Origin: Octopus sinensis
Taxonomy: Eukaryota
Direction: 5' to 3'
NCBI RefSeq assembly: GCF_006345805.1
Contig: NW_021830468.1
Location: 1 to 64,000 of the forward strand
DNA length: 64,000 bases
Shown: positions 25,332 to 37,464 of the stretch, piece after piece
Layout of the letters: each line of letters opens with the position of its first letter
How positions within the stretch are numbered: position 1 is the first letter of the stretch
Translations under genes and position numbers: made by a program
Notes under the pieces: generated by a model
Seen by the model: only the letters and a program-made list of their open reading frames with translations
Database searches by the model: none
What the model was told of the DNA's origin: nothing

Positions 25332-25428
25332 GAGTGAGAGAGAGCAGTTCATGCCATCAAAGTGACACTGGGTAAAATATACGAAGCCCAATATACCCAT
25401 CATGACTACCCGTCTGATAAAGGTACAC

Positions 25429-25459
<31 letters not shown>

Positions 25460-25465
25460 GTTATA

Positions 25466-25504
<39 letters not shown>

Positions 25505-25529
25505 TTATTATAATTATATTATCATTATC

Positions 25530-26065
25530 AGGTTTCTGGGATCTTATATAGATGTTATGATGCATCCCTTTTTTATCATACCAAGAGCACCTACAATTAC
25601 AGGAAAGGTTCTTGCTTTAAGATGCCACATCTTTTGTATTTCAATTTTCAGGTCCTTATATTAACTTAATTTGTCAAATCCCTTTATCGATATATTTTTA
25701 TCAGAGTGAACACTTACAAGTATTTTCTTTCCCGTCTTTAATGACTATGTCTGGTCGATTAGCCTGGATCGTTCTGTCGGTTTTGACTGGAAAATCCCAG
25801 AGGATACTGACAGTTTTACCTTCAACGACTGGCTCCAGTTGATGTTCTGACCAGTAAGCAGGAGTGCTGATTTTGTAGTGCTTACATATTTCCCAGTGTA
25901 AATACTGTCCACCCCTATCGTTTCGATTTTTGTAGTCATTTGGTGTCGACACAGGACATTCCGAGACGAGATGAGCTATTGTTCCGTCAAATGTGTTGCA
26001 GAATTTAGAGTCAGAACCAGTTTGAAGAACGTAAGCCTGGTAATTTTTGGTAAGCAAAACACTAA
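25530..26065 (-). mobile_element. R4/Dong-like LINE fragment
   Basis: Minus strand reads TIAHLVSECPV...YKNRNDRGGQYLHWEICKHY...PVVEGKTVSILWDFPVKTDRTIQANRPDIVIKD (CCHC plus PD..D motif) and PVIVGALGMIKK. Confidence 0.85.
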
Positions 26066-26072
26066 TAGCAGA

Positions 26073-26103
<31 letters not shown>

Positions 26104-26153
26104 GTTATATATAAAATAATAATAAAATAATATAATAATACAATAATAATAAT

Positions 26154-26693
26154 ATGCAGTACCAGGCAGTGGCTCTCATGGCTTCTGATCTTAACTGATG
26201 GGAAGTGTATCATGTACATTGTTCTGTCTTGGTATAAAGATGGGCTACAGCAAATATCTGCTCAATACCACAGATTTGCTTGTCAGTTGTTTGACCTTAA
26301 CCAGTTGAGCATGTCCCTTAGTGGCTGGCGATATGTGCATCTCTGATCACGAGCAGAAGTAGTGGGGAGCATCATGCCATGTGTTGAGAGGGATTCTTTG
26401 GGGTTTGAATAGTTCACCTCTGGAAACATGGGTGGTTCTTTCAACATCCTTAAACAACCCTTATCAGGGACCGTTTGAGCGGGATGGGCTACTCAACCTG
26501 AAGAAAATTCTAACTGGGCCCCACCTGCAAGGTCATGTGCTGTTTATCTTGATATGAGATCACCATGTCGCGCACATATGGTTGTGATGCATGTGCCTGG
26601 TGTACCCTTATCAGACGGTAGTCCTGATGGGTATACTGGGCTTCGTATATTTTACCCCAGTGTCACTTGATGCCATGAACTGCTCTCGCACTC
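26154..26693 (+). mobile_element. ~550-bp (TAA)n-tailed retroposon, near full length
   Basis: Reverse complement of 54543-55097; ends ctctcgcactc(aat)n. Confidence 0.8.
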
Positions 26694-26771
<78 letters not shown>

Positions 26772-26792
26772 TGTTATTATTATTATTATTAT

Positions 26793-27147
26793 TGAGTGAG
26801 AGAGCAGCATATATCACCAAAGTGACACTGGGGTAAAATATACGAAGCCCAGTATACTCATCATGACTACCCGTCTGATAAGGGTACACTAGGCACATGC
26901 ATCACAAATATATATGTGCGACATGGTGATCTCATATCAAGATAAACAGCACATGACCTTGCAGGTGGGGCCCAGTTAGAATTTTCTTCAGGTTGAGTAG
27001 CCCATACCGCTCAAACGGTCCCTGAATAAGGGTTGTTTAACGATGTTGAACGAAACACCCATGTTTCCAGAGGTGAATTATTGAAACCTCCAAGAATCCC
27101 TCTCAACACATGGCTATGATGCTCCCCCACTACTTCTGCTTGTAATC
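26793..27147 (-). mobile_element. 5'-truncated copy of the ~550-bp retroposon
   Basis: Tail-to-tail with 26154-26693 across an (AAT)n(ATT)n spacer. Confidence 0.8.
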
Positions 27148-27204
27148 ACTATTATTATCATTATCATTATATTATTATTATTACTATTATTATTATTACT
27201 AATA

Positions 27205-27390
27205 AAGACGGTTTGCTGGCAGTAACGTTAACAGTCCGGGCAAAATTCTTAACTTTATATGGTCCGTCCTTATGTTCTGAGTTCAAATTCCGCCGAGGTC
27301 GACTCTACCTTTCATCCTTTCGATGTCGATAAAAGAAGTGCCAGTTAATTTCTTATAGTCACATGCCTTGTGCCTATAACAGATTATTAT
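27205..27390 (+). mobile_element. Meta-like SINE, diverged
   Basis: gttctgagttcaaattccgccgaggtcgactctacctttcatcc. Confidence 0.7.
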
Positions 27391-27991
27391 TATTACTTGT
27401 TGTTGTTGTCGTCGTCGTCCTCCTCCTCCTCCCCCTTCTCCTCCTCCTCCTCCTCCTCATCATCATTATTATCATCAGGTCTAACTTTTCTCTCTTTTTC
27501 TTCACACGACTTATTTCCTTTTCTTTCCCTTACGTCGTCGGTCGTTTCTGGGTCTTTCCTTCACCTGCTTCTTTCCACGACAATCCCTGCTCTTTGACAT
27601 GGTATTTTTTCTCTCTTTTGGCTTTCATTTTCCCTTCCTTATTTCTCCCTCTTTCTTTCATTCTTTCTATCCTTCTCTATTCCCCCTCCCCACTCATCTT
27701 CTCATCTTTTCTCTTCTTTCCGTTCCATCATTCTCCCACAATTATATTCGAAATCATTTCTTTATATCTCGGCTCTATACCGCCATTTCTTACACACCTA
27801 TTCCTCTACGCAATCGTTCTTTCCTTTCCTTTCTTATCTGCTCTTCATTCTCCTCCTCTCCCTCTTTCTCCACTCATTCATTTCATTCTATCATGTTTTA
27901 TTAATTTTCAAATTAATGCCATACTTTCGAATTTCTTGATATATGTATGTGTATATAAGCCAGCATCTACATACATACATACATATATATA

Positions 27992-28033
<42 letters not shown>

Positions 28034-28077
28034 ATATATATTATATATACAGACATATATAAGAAATAATATATATA

Positions 28078-28123
<46 letters not shown>

Positions 28124-28679
28124 AATGTTTGTGTGTATAGAAATATATACATACAGACAAACACATTCATGTTTGTGATCGTTTCATTTATTGTTTTCTG
28201 TGGCCTTCCTTTTTGCCTTTTTCTCTTTTTCTTGTTTCTTCCACTTCTCTCCCATATTTATATTGACTTCCTTCCACCCTGATGTACCGAACAAAAACGA
28301 TGAAAACTCCAAGATCTAAGATCATAATATCTCTTTATAAATCTTATATTCTGTTTTATGTTATAATTCGTGTATTCTTTTATAACACAATTGGGTGTGT
28401 GTTTTTTTTGTCTTGTGTTTTGCTGTAATATGCACATTTCTCGTTATACAAGAAACACAGTTGCACAGGCAGAGACGAACGGACACATATTAAACACGAG
28501 TGCACAGAGGGGGAATGTATATACAAGCACAATAGAGAAAAAGAGAGAGCCACATACACACATATACGCAAAACACAAAACCATTCTTAAGCTACAAATA
28601 GGAAATCTAAAACTGCCTTATACAAGTACACCTAGGCAAGCACACATAGGGACGCAATTAAAAGCATATCTATGAAACT

Positions 28680-28685
28680 ATACGA

Positions 28686-28719
<34 letters not shown>

Positions 28720-28884
28720 TATATAATATATATATATAGTATGTATATATCTATTTGTGTATATATACGTATAAGAATGTATATATATATATATATATAT
28801 ATTATATTATATATATATATACATATGCATATAATATATATATATATATACATATGCATATATATATATACATATGCATATATC

Positions 28885-28916
<32 letters not shown>

Positions 28917-29164
28917 ATATATATACATTATATATACACAAACACACACATAAATATATAAGTATATAGATATGCAAAATATATGTATATGCATGAATAT
29001 TATATATATAATATATATAATGTGTGTGGTGTGTGTGTGGTGTGTATGTTTATATATATATATGTATGCATATGTATATGTATGAATATGTATAAATATA
29101 TACATACACATGCAGACATACACACACACACACACACATATATATATATGTATATATATATATG

Positions 29165-29196
<32 letters not shown>

Positions 29197-29591
29197 TAGA
29201 TATACATACAGTCACGATAATCTTAATACACTTAACACGTTCACAATCTCAACAAGCGCATTTTGCATAAAGAATAACCACACACACACACACACACACA
29301 TACACATAGGTATATAGAGACAGAGAGACGTAGGCCTCTGCATAGTAGAGTGGGAAAATGTAAGGACGTGTGATGGAAGTGATAGTTGATGCCATTCTCT
29401 TTAACGACCTTACGCCCGCGGCAACAGACTTCATAATTAACGAGACACGTGTAAAATGAACGGATGATGTACACACATGCGCAGATATTCACACGCTTCG
29501 AGATGACTTTATCAGCGGCAATCGCTAAATCGTCTCTTCACCGCCCGCTTTTATACGTACACATATTACATGCATGCAGACACACACACAC

Positions 29592-29672
<81 letters not shown>

Positions 29673-29676
29673 TATT

Positions 29677-29721
<45 letters not shown>

Positions 29722-29886
29722 TACACACACACAAATATGGTGCGCGTGCATTCGCTCGCATATATGTGTCTGTAAACAAATATAGTTTTAGAGAGATACA
29801 TAGATAGATAGATATGATCATACATACACACATACATATAAGCATACATAGTTATGAATATATGCATAAATACTTAGTAATATATA

Positions 29887-29930
<44 letters not shown>
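28680..29930. repeat. Extended (TA)n/(CA)n low-complexity region
   Basis: Directly visible, with short unique islands at ~29220-29560. Confidence 0.85.
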
Positions 29931-29932
<2 letters not shown>

Positions 29933-29969
29933 ATATATATATATAATATATATTATACATATATATATA

Positions 29970-30336
29970 GGTGTAGGAGTTGCTCCGTTTCAGTCCCACT
30001 GTGTGACCCTTGGGTAAGTGTCTTCTGCTATAGCATCGGACCGACGAAAGCCTTGTGAATGGATTTGGTAGACGGAAACCGAAAGAAGCCCGTCGGATAT
30101 ATGTATATATATATATATATATATATTTATGTATGCATGTGTGTATATGTTCGTGTATCTGTGTTTGTCCCCCCAACATCGCTTGACAACCGATGCTGGT
30201 GTGTTTACGTCCCCGTAACTTAGCGGTTCGGCAAAAGTGACCGATAGAATAAGTCTTAAGGTCGATTTGCTCGACTAAAGGCGGTGCTCCAGCATGGCCA
30301 CAATAAAACAACTGGAACAAGTGAAAGAGTAAAGAG
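29970..30336 (+). mobile_element. CORE-type tRNA SINE with internal (TA)/(TG) microsatellite
   Basis: tgtgaccttgggtaagtgtcttctgctatagc...ggatttggtagacggaaac, then microsatellite, then tail. Confidence 0.8.
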
Positions 30337-30339
30337 ATA

Positions 30340-30385
<46 letters not shown>

Positions 30386-30386
30386 A

Positions 30387-30438
<52 letters not shown>

Positions 30439-30862
30439 GTATATAAGTATAAGTATAGATATAAGTATATATATACCGTGTGCATGAATCTATGTGAGTA
30501 TGCCAGTAGGTGTACACATTGAATGCAGAGGCGGAGAGGTACCATGATGAATACTCAGAGAGAGAGGGACATAGATACAGTGAAAGAGATAGAAGGAGAG
30601 GGAGGAGACAGCGGAAATGTGTTGATGCATTTCTTCAGAATGACACATGGCAGATGTATAACTTGTCACATGTTTTCGTAGCACATGAGTGGTATTTCGT
30701 ACTTATTATCAGCTGTAATATAGTTTTGCTTATTTATATACATAAATAGATAAACTGATACGCATGGGCACAGACACTCACATACACATACCTACTCACT
30801 CACACACGCACATATGTGTCGATATATATATATATGTATGTATGTATGCATTCATGAATATG

Positions 30863-30904
<42 letters not shown>

Positions 30905-30907
<3 letters not shown>

Positions 30908-31070
30908 CTTTCTTTTCAGTTTCTTCTGGACTTTCCTCTCTTAACTGAAGAAGAACTATATCCGAAACGTAATACATGCCTTGTATTGTATCCATCGTTT
31001 AAAGAGCGTTTGAATTTATAATATTGGTTCGAATGTCTCCGGACTTCCGTTTAAAATTTTTTTTAAATAT
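30905..31070 (+). mobile_element. Short PLE-tail-like element with decayed HHR motif
   Basis: CTGAAGA-a-gaactatatcc-GAAACGTA at 30945-30971; stems I and II pair poorly; flanked by (TA)n. Confidence 0.4.
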
Positions 31071-31144
31071 CTCTCTATATATGTATATATGTATCCATAT
31101 ATCTATATCGATCTATCTATCTACCTATCCATCTATCTCTCTTT

Positions 31145-31191
<47 letters not shown>

Positions 31192-31289
31192 AATCTGTCT
31201 ATCTATCTATTTGTATGTATGCATATATCCATATATATGTTTATGTCCATGTTGTGTTATGTATGCATGTATCATTTTGTAGAATCGCT

Positions 31290-32965
31290 GTTTAGGTGCG
31301 AAACTCGAAATTTTAAATAAATATGGTGTAGTATTTAGTCTTCAGCTTAGAAAATATTTGTAAGGATTTGAAAGTTTACGATTCGAGTTATTTGCTTACT
31401 ACGTCACCGGTATTGGGAAATTGGTAATTACGTTCTACGTCATCAATATTGAGTCACTCTTTAAATTTTTGGTGAGGGAGCCGCATGTCTGATTAATCAT
31501 GTAAGTATTAATACTTGAAGGTTTAATACTTTTAGTTTTATTGTGTTTTCAATAGTTTTACTGTCTTTTAAACAGTTTAGTTAACTTTAAACATAGCAAG
31601 GTTTATAATATTAGTTTATGATAAGTAATTTTATTAGTTCCTGTTTAATGAAATTTAATTGTATATTAGTCACCGGTAATTTACTATTATAACTTGTAGT
31701 GGTGATATATTAATGAGTATGTAGTGTTTTATTATTAACTTTTGAATGATGAAATAATGTATTTCACTCATGAAAATTTATTTCTTTTATTACCCACAAC
31801 GGGTTAAACACAGAGGGGACAAACAAGGACAGAGAAACGGATTAAGTCGATTACATCGACCCCAGTGCGTAACTGGTACTTAATTTATTGACCCCGAAAG
31901 GATAAAGGCAAAGTCGACATCGGCGGAATTTGAACTCAGAACGTGAAAACAGACGTAATACCTATTTCTTTACTGCCCACAAGGGGATAAACATAGAAGG
32001 GACAAACAAGGACAGCCAAACGGATTAAGTCGATTATATCAACCCCAGTGCGTAACTGGTATTTAATTTATCGACCCCGAAAGGATGAAAGGCAAAGTCG
32101 ACCTCGGCGGAATTTGAACTCAGCACGTAAAAACAGACGAAATACCTATTTCTTTACTGCCCACAAGGGGATAAACACAGAGGGGACAAACAAGGACAGA
32201 CAAACGGATTAAGTCGATTACATCAACCCCAGTGCGTAACTGGTACTTAATTTGTCGACCCCGAAAGGATGAAAGGCAAAGTCGACCTCGGCGGAATTTG
32301 AACTCAGAACGTAGCGACAGACGAAATACGGCTTCGCACTTCACCCGGCGTACTAACGATTCTGCCAGCTCGCCGCCTTTTTTTCACTCATAAGAATATT
32401 TGTTAATTCAATTTCAATCGTGTTTCGTTTTAGAAAAACATTTTCTAAGGTTCGAACTTTCATTGTAGTAATATCTATGGAAGACCGGTGGGATTATTAT
32501 TTATATGGACTTAAAGATGAATCGCAATTTAGCATATAATTTGGTTATTGCAGATTATTATTAATAACGAGTCAATGTCCATTGCTTGAAATGGCTCTGG
32601 TTCTAGTTTTAGTAAGGTTAGTATTTAATCCTGCCAATTATCTTGATTGATTGAAATAATGTGATTATTAAGTTTTATTTTTATTTTACACTACGGAAGA
32701 CGGTAGGGATTATAATTTTTTATGGCTTACTAGAGTTGTCGCTGTTTAGTATTGGGGCGGGGTTGTAATTTACTTATGGAATTTACTTATCGATTCGGTT
32801 GAACATTGGATAAATGTGTTTGAAAGTTGTGGTTTCTTTAGTTTGTTCCCAAACAACACTTATTTTAGTGCTGTTGACACCGATGGATTGAATGGTAGTG
32901 CCCAGATTCCCAGATGAACCTACATCGCGGCAAGAGGTGCAAATAAGGGTAGCGACATCAGACTC
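31290..32965 (-). pseudogene. Decayed leucine-rich-repeat gene (LRRNT plus multiple LRRs) interrupted by a SINE array
   Basis: Minus-strand fragments across frameshifts: ICTSCRDV..SGN, LFGNKL...SNTF (32839-32856), SHKKL*SLPSSV, KLNNHIISINQ, LKLEPEPFQAM, CNNQII, VRTLENVFLKRNTIE, LNLQVLILT, SKQITRIVNFQILTNI. These fit LxxLxLxxNxIxxLxxxxF. Confidence 0.5.
31785..32378 (-). mobile_element. Meta-like SINE trimer: one head and three bodies (~177-bp period)
   Basis: Junctions aatacctatttcttt at ~31958 and ~32141. Confidence 0.88.
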
Positions 32966-33128
32966 CCATATTCACAAAATGCTACATATTAGAGGAAGCT
33001 ATCAATAATACAGTGTAGCAAAACGGTGGTGCCCCAGCATGGCCATAGCTCTGAGCTGAAACTACAAAAATGAATATCGGTAGAATTTATTTATAAGTAT
33101 ATAATTATAAAAATATCATTATTATTAA

Positions 33129-33277
33129 GGGCTCTTGAATGCCAGCACCTATACGCTAGAAGTAGATGTCATATACCTAGAATCCACTATTAATTTCTTC
33201 TCTATTTTAAAATCTATAGTGGATTATAGGTTTTATACGGCTAGTTCTAGCGTATAGAAGCTGGCTTTCCAGAACCC
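33129..33277. mobile_element. 149-bp MITE with TTAA TSD (Kolobok-like termini)
   Basis: TTAA|gggctcttgaatgccagcacctatacgctagaa ... ttctagcgtatagaagctggctttccagaaccc|TTAA. Confidence 0.7.
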
Positions 33278-33439
33278 TTAATCATAATTTTATTTTTATA
33301 ATTATATAATATATATATATATATATATAAACAAATATATGTATATACATATATGTATATATATACATGCATATATATACATATTTACATATACATATAT
33401 ATACGTTATACACACACACACACAAACATATATATATAT

Positions 33440-33629
33440 AGTTGAAATTTACAGAAAGAAAGACGAAGACAGGTGGTGTAAACAACAAACAGATGTATTA
33501 GTTTAATGCTCGGGAAGTGAAAGTCTTTTACATTTCGAGCCTACACTCTTCAACAGAAAGGAACGCGATGAAATAAATAGAGGCAGAAGAAAAAAGATTT
33601 GGGAGCTAACGTTCAATCATGGTGACGGG

Positions 33630-33630
<1 letters not shown>
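33440..33630 (-). mobile_element. PLE-tail-like short element with CUGUUGA HHR variant
   Basis: Minus strand ttt-CTGTTGA-a-gagt(gtag)gctc-GAAA-tgt-a-aaag at 33523-33561. Confidence 0.6.
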
Positions 33631-33677
<47 letters not shown>

Positions 33678-33678
33678 T

Positions 33679-33709
<31 letters not shown>

Positions 33710-34504
33710 CACATATATATATATATATATATTTTTTCTCTAGTTTAAGCTCAGAGCTGCGGCCATGCTGATATATAAACTGCATAGGTTACATATATCT
33801 TACCTCATATATTGATGCTGTGTGGACTGAGATGCCCGTTGACTCGTCCCTAATGAGAATGCAATAATACTCGAAATGCGTTTAAAGCTATTCCTCATTT
33901 ATTTCAGTCTATGGAGATACGGCTAAATTAACCTTGTCTCTATATCTGCTATATAAGTTACTAATACACTTGTGTATGAGCGTAGAAGTAGAATAATCCC
34001 TCGACTATCGCGGGTGTCCCGTTCCGATACACCCCGCGATAGATGAAAATCCGTGAAGTAGAAACAGTACTGTAATGTATTTTGTTTTTTATTATTTTCA
34101 TAATTTGTATATATTCAGTGGTACCTTGACTTACGAGTTTAATCCATTCCGAGATGGATCTCGTAATTCAAATCACTCGTATGTCAAATCAAACTTCCCC
34201 ATTGAAACGAATTGAAATGTCATTAATTCGTTCCGCACCCCCCTCCACAAAAAACACTACAATTTTTTTAGCTACGTGTTTTTAAATAAGAAAAATGTAC
34301 TTATAAATAACGAATATTTTATTTAAAAAAACAATACAATGGAGTATGCTGCATCAAGCTAGTTTTGTTAAGTATGGTGACGGTGGTGGAGGAGAAAGTC
34401 TGAACTGAAGAACTGAATCTTATTCGTTGATTTTTGCCCTTTTCACCACGCTTTCTTCATTTTCATCTACAGGACTTTTCGATAAATACCTGTCCAATAA
34501 GGTC

Positions 34505-34831
34505 AGTTTCCATTATGTACATTATTTACATTATTTACATTTGACAGATATTTGTCCTCATCTTGTTTGTTGTTAACACAACGTTTCGGCTGATATACCC
34601 TCCAGCCTTCATCAGGTGTCTTGGGGAAATTTCGAACCAAGGTTCTCATACCTAAGGTATTTTTTGATGTTGTTATTATTAGCATTATTATTATTCAGGT
34701 CACTGCCTGGAATCAAACTCGGAACCACTACGCCATATGCCCGTGGACATATGGCGTAGTGGTTAAGAGCGCGGGCTACTAACCCCAAGGTTCCGAGTTC
34801 GATTCCAGGCAGTGACCTGAAAAAAAAAGAA

Positions 34832-34886
<55 letters not shown>

Positions 34887-35078
34887 TTAACATCGAAACT
34901 AATACCTTAGGAATGAGAACCCAGGTTCGAAATTTTCCAAAGATACCTGATGAGGGCTGGAGGGTATATCAGCCGAAACATTGTGTTAGCAACAAACAAT
35001 GTGAGGACAAATATCCGTCAAAAGTAAATAATATAAATAATGTACATAATTCCTCATCTCTTAAATATAGAACTGTAT
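34505..35078. mobile_element. Head-to-head inverted dimer of a tRNA-head + (AAT)n + hammerhead element, flanked by a 7-bp TSD
   Basis: taaggtc at 34498-34504 and 35079-35085. Both arms end in ..aactg. A-box tggcgtagtgg and B-box gagttcgattcc lie at 34752-34806. Confidence 0.85.
34575..34620 (-). ncRNA. Minimal type I hammerhead motif, intact core
   Basis: gacac-CTGATGA-a-ggctg(gagggtatat)cagcc-GAAA-cgt-t-gtgtt, with palindromic ACGT and a GUU triplet. The + copy at 34942-34987 has ACAT instead of ACGT. Confidence 0.72.
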
Positions 35079-37062
35079 TAAGGTCTGTTTCATCCTCACT
35101 TTCAGAGTGTTTCTGAAATGAGTTAGGCAATGTCACAAAAAAGCGCCGTCGCACGCCCACTTGTCACATTTTCTGGGTGTTTCTTTTGAATAAAGTCTGA
35201 AAGTTTCTCCCACATTCCCAACAGTTCCTTTATGGCACTTGTGGAGACAGCCTCCTCAGTCTCCTTCGCGTCACCTATTTCCTGCAAAACCTCTGTGTGT
35301 TACTGCATCCGTTGATTCTTTAGCTCTTCTGTTGTCAGTTCCTCAGAGTGCTCCTTGATGAGCTTATTGATGTCACCTTCATCCATGTTCAGGCCCATGG
35401 AATTGCCGAGGGACACAGCCTCCTCCACCACTGCCGCTTCGGGTTCGAGTCTTTCAAAGTCCGTTTTAGACACAACCTCAGGTCACAGCTTCTTCCACGC
35501 AGAGGTCAAGGTCCTCTTTTTAACACCTTGCCAGCCATATCAATAATTCTGAGACATCACGATGTTATAGCTGTCCTTCTAGAACCCTCCAAAGGTGAGG
35601 TTTGTGCTCTTAGTCACCTCAAAACAGCGGCGGAACAGGTGCATGGGGAAGAGTTTCTTGAAATTAGAAATTAGTTACTGGTCCATAGGCTGCAGGATAG
35701 GGGTGGTTTTGGGTGGAATGTAGAGAACCTTTATAAACTTGAACCCTTCGAGGATGTCATCTTCGAGGTTAGGTGGGTGAGCAGGTGCATTATCCAGGAC
35801 GAGAAGGGCTTGTACGGTGTAGGTTAATTTCCTGGAGATATTTCTTAACATCAGGACCAAAGATCAAATTCCCCCACTCCACAGAGAACTATCTAGTGAC
35901 CAACGCCTTGGATTTGTCCTTCACATAGCCAACAGTTTTTCTTTCGGAATTTTATGTCAATTAAAGGCTCCGGGGTTTTCCGAACGATAAACGAGCAGCT
36001 GCTTAATATTGCAGTCGCCGCTCGCAATGGCGCACACTACGAGGGTTAACCTATATTTCCTGGGTTTATGGCCTAGCATCCTCTTCTCCTTTGTTGTTAT
36101 ATAAGTCCACCTTGACATCTTCCAAAAAAAGTCACAGTTGAAGACATGCTGGTGGAGGTATCCTTCGGCTGCTATAATTCCGGCAAAAGTTTCGAGATAA
36201 TCCTCAGCTGCCTTCATATCCGCTCTCGCTACCTCACCATGACTGACAAGCGGGTCAATGCCGGTCCGCTTTTAAAATTCTGGAACCAGCCCCGACTAGC
36301 TTTAAACGGCTCGCCTGATGCCTCGTCCGTACAAGTGCCTGGGGTCTGCTGTAGCAAATCAGCGTAAATAGATTGTGCCTTCTCGAAAATTATAGCCTCC
36401 GTCACGGTATCTCCTTCGAGCTGCTTCTCCGTCAACCACACCATCAGCAGCTTCTCCATATTTTCATGGAAAGATGTTCACTGTTTAGAAATTATTTCAA
36501 CGCCTTTGGCTGGCATGATAGCCTTTATCGGCTCCTTCTACTTCAGTATGGTACAGATCGTAGATGTGCTACGCTCGTACTGTTTCGCCATGTCCACTAC
36601 ATGCACACCTTGGTCCTGTTTTTCAATAATTTCTTTCTTTAATTCAATACACGGCATCCGCTTCTTCTTCTCACCACTGTCCTTCGCACTCACCTTCTTC
36701 GGACCCATATTTGGTAAACCTAAGTTTTGCAAAACAACCGCAGGCACAATTGCGAGCAGAACACTTCTGTAGCCTGCATCGACTAAGCATTTTAATAGCC
36801 GTCTACCTAACACTTCACTAACGATCATTCCACTTGCTAACGTGCATATCTGTCTAGCTATCGTGTGAGACACGGGTGCTGACCGGATGTGACGGCGTTC
36901 ACTCTGGCGTTCGCTACACCAACGAACGGTGTGGTATCAGAACCTGGCTCGTAACCCGAATTTTAGCTCGCAACTCAAAGCAAAAATTCGGCCGAGAGAC
37001 GACTGGTATCTCGAAAAACTCGTTAGTTGGGACATTCGTAAGTCAAAGTACCACTCTATATA

Positions 37063-37428
37063 TCTCTCTCTATATAAAGCTGAATTCGTCTGTGTATGGC
37101 AGGTTTGGTAGCCTTCACTAACACTATCTCCTCCGAGACCCTGCGGCGCAAGTTGACCAAAATTAAGAGTATGATAGAAGAAGGCTTGCTCTTCCTTCCG
37201 TAGGAGAAAATATTCAAATCGGACCATGTTAACGCCAAAAATTATTTACATCAAAAAGGTGCTTTCTTTCTATGAAAATCCCTATTTTTAACTGCTGTGT
37301 CGCCATTTTTCGGTGTATTTCAATCAGAAAGAGAATAACAAGCTACATAATGCAAAATTTTTACCTTTCAAAAATTCTAATTCTAAAGGGTCGAAACAAA
37401 CCCGAGCGACGCCGGGCGATACTGCTAG
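37063..37428 (+). mobile_element. Non-autonomous Helitron
   Basis: A|TCTCTCTCTATATAAA start, subterminal hairpin cccgagcgacgccggg, CTAG|T end. Confidence 0.8.
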
Positions 37429-37464
37429 TTCTATTATAAATGCAAAACATCACCATGGAGGAAT

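Larger units (their letters stand above)
34116..37056 (-). mobile_element. Tigger/pogo DNA transposon with disrupted transposase
   Basis: TIRs cagtggtaccttgacttacga and tcgtaagtcaaagtaccactc|TA. Minus strand from ATG ~36708 reads MGPKK...IELKKEII (CENP-B-like HTH), FKASRGWFQNFK, VFNCD, RLTLVVCAIASGD, LLVLDNAPAHP, LYIPPKTTPILQPMDQ. Confidence 0.92.

Noticed and set aside
31450-31790. Mitochondrial insertion (ND4L-like LILEGLILL on the T-rich strand)
   Set aside because: The match is short and driven by composition. The opposite strand gives repeated LRR-spaced motifs on both sides of the SINE array.
34739-34820. Functional tRNA gene (anticodon loop CTACTAA)
   Set aside because: The acceptor and T stems pair poorly, and it is the head of a mobile composite.
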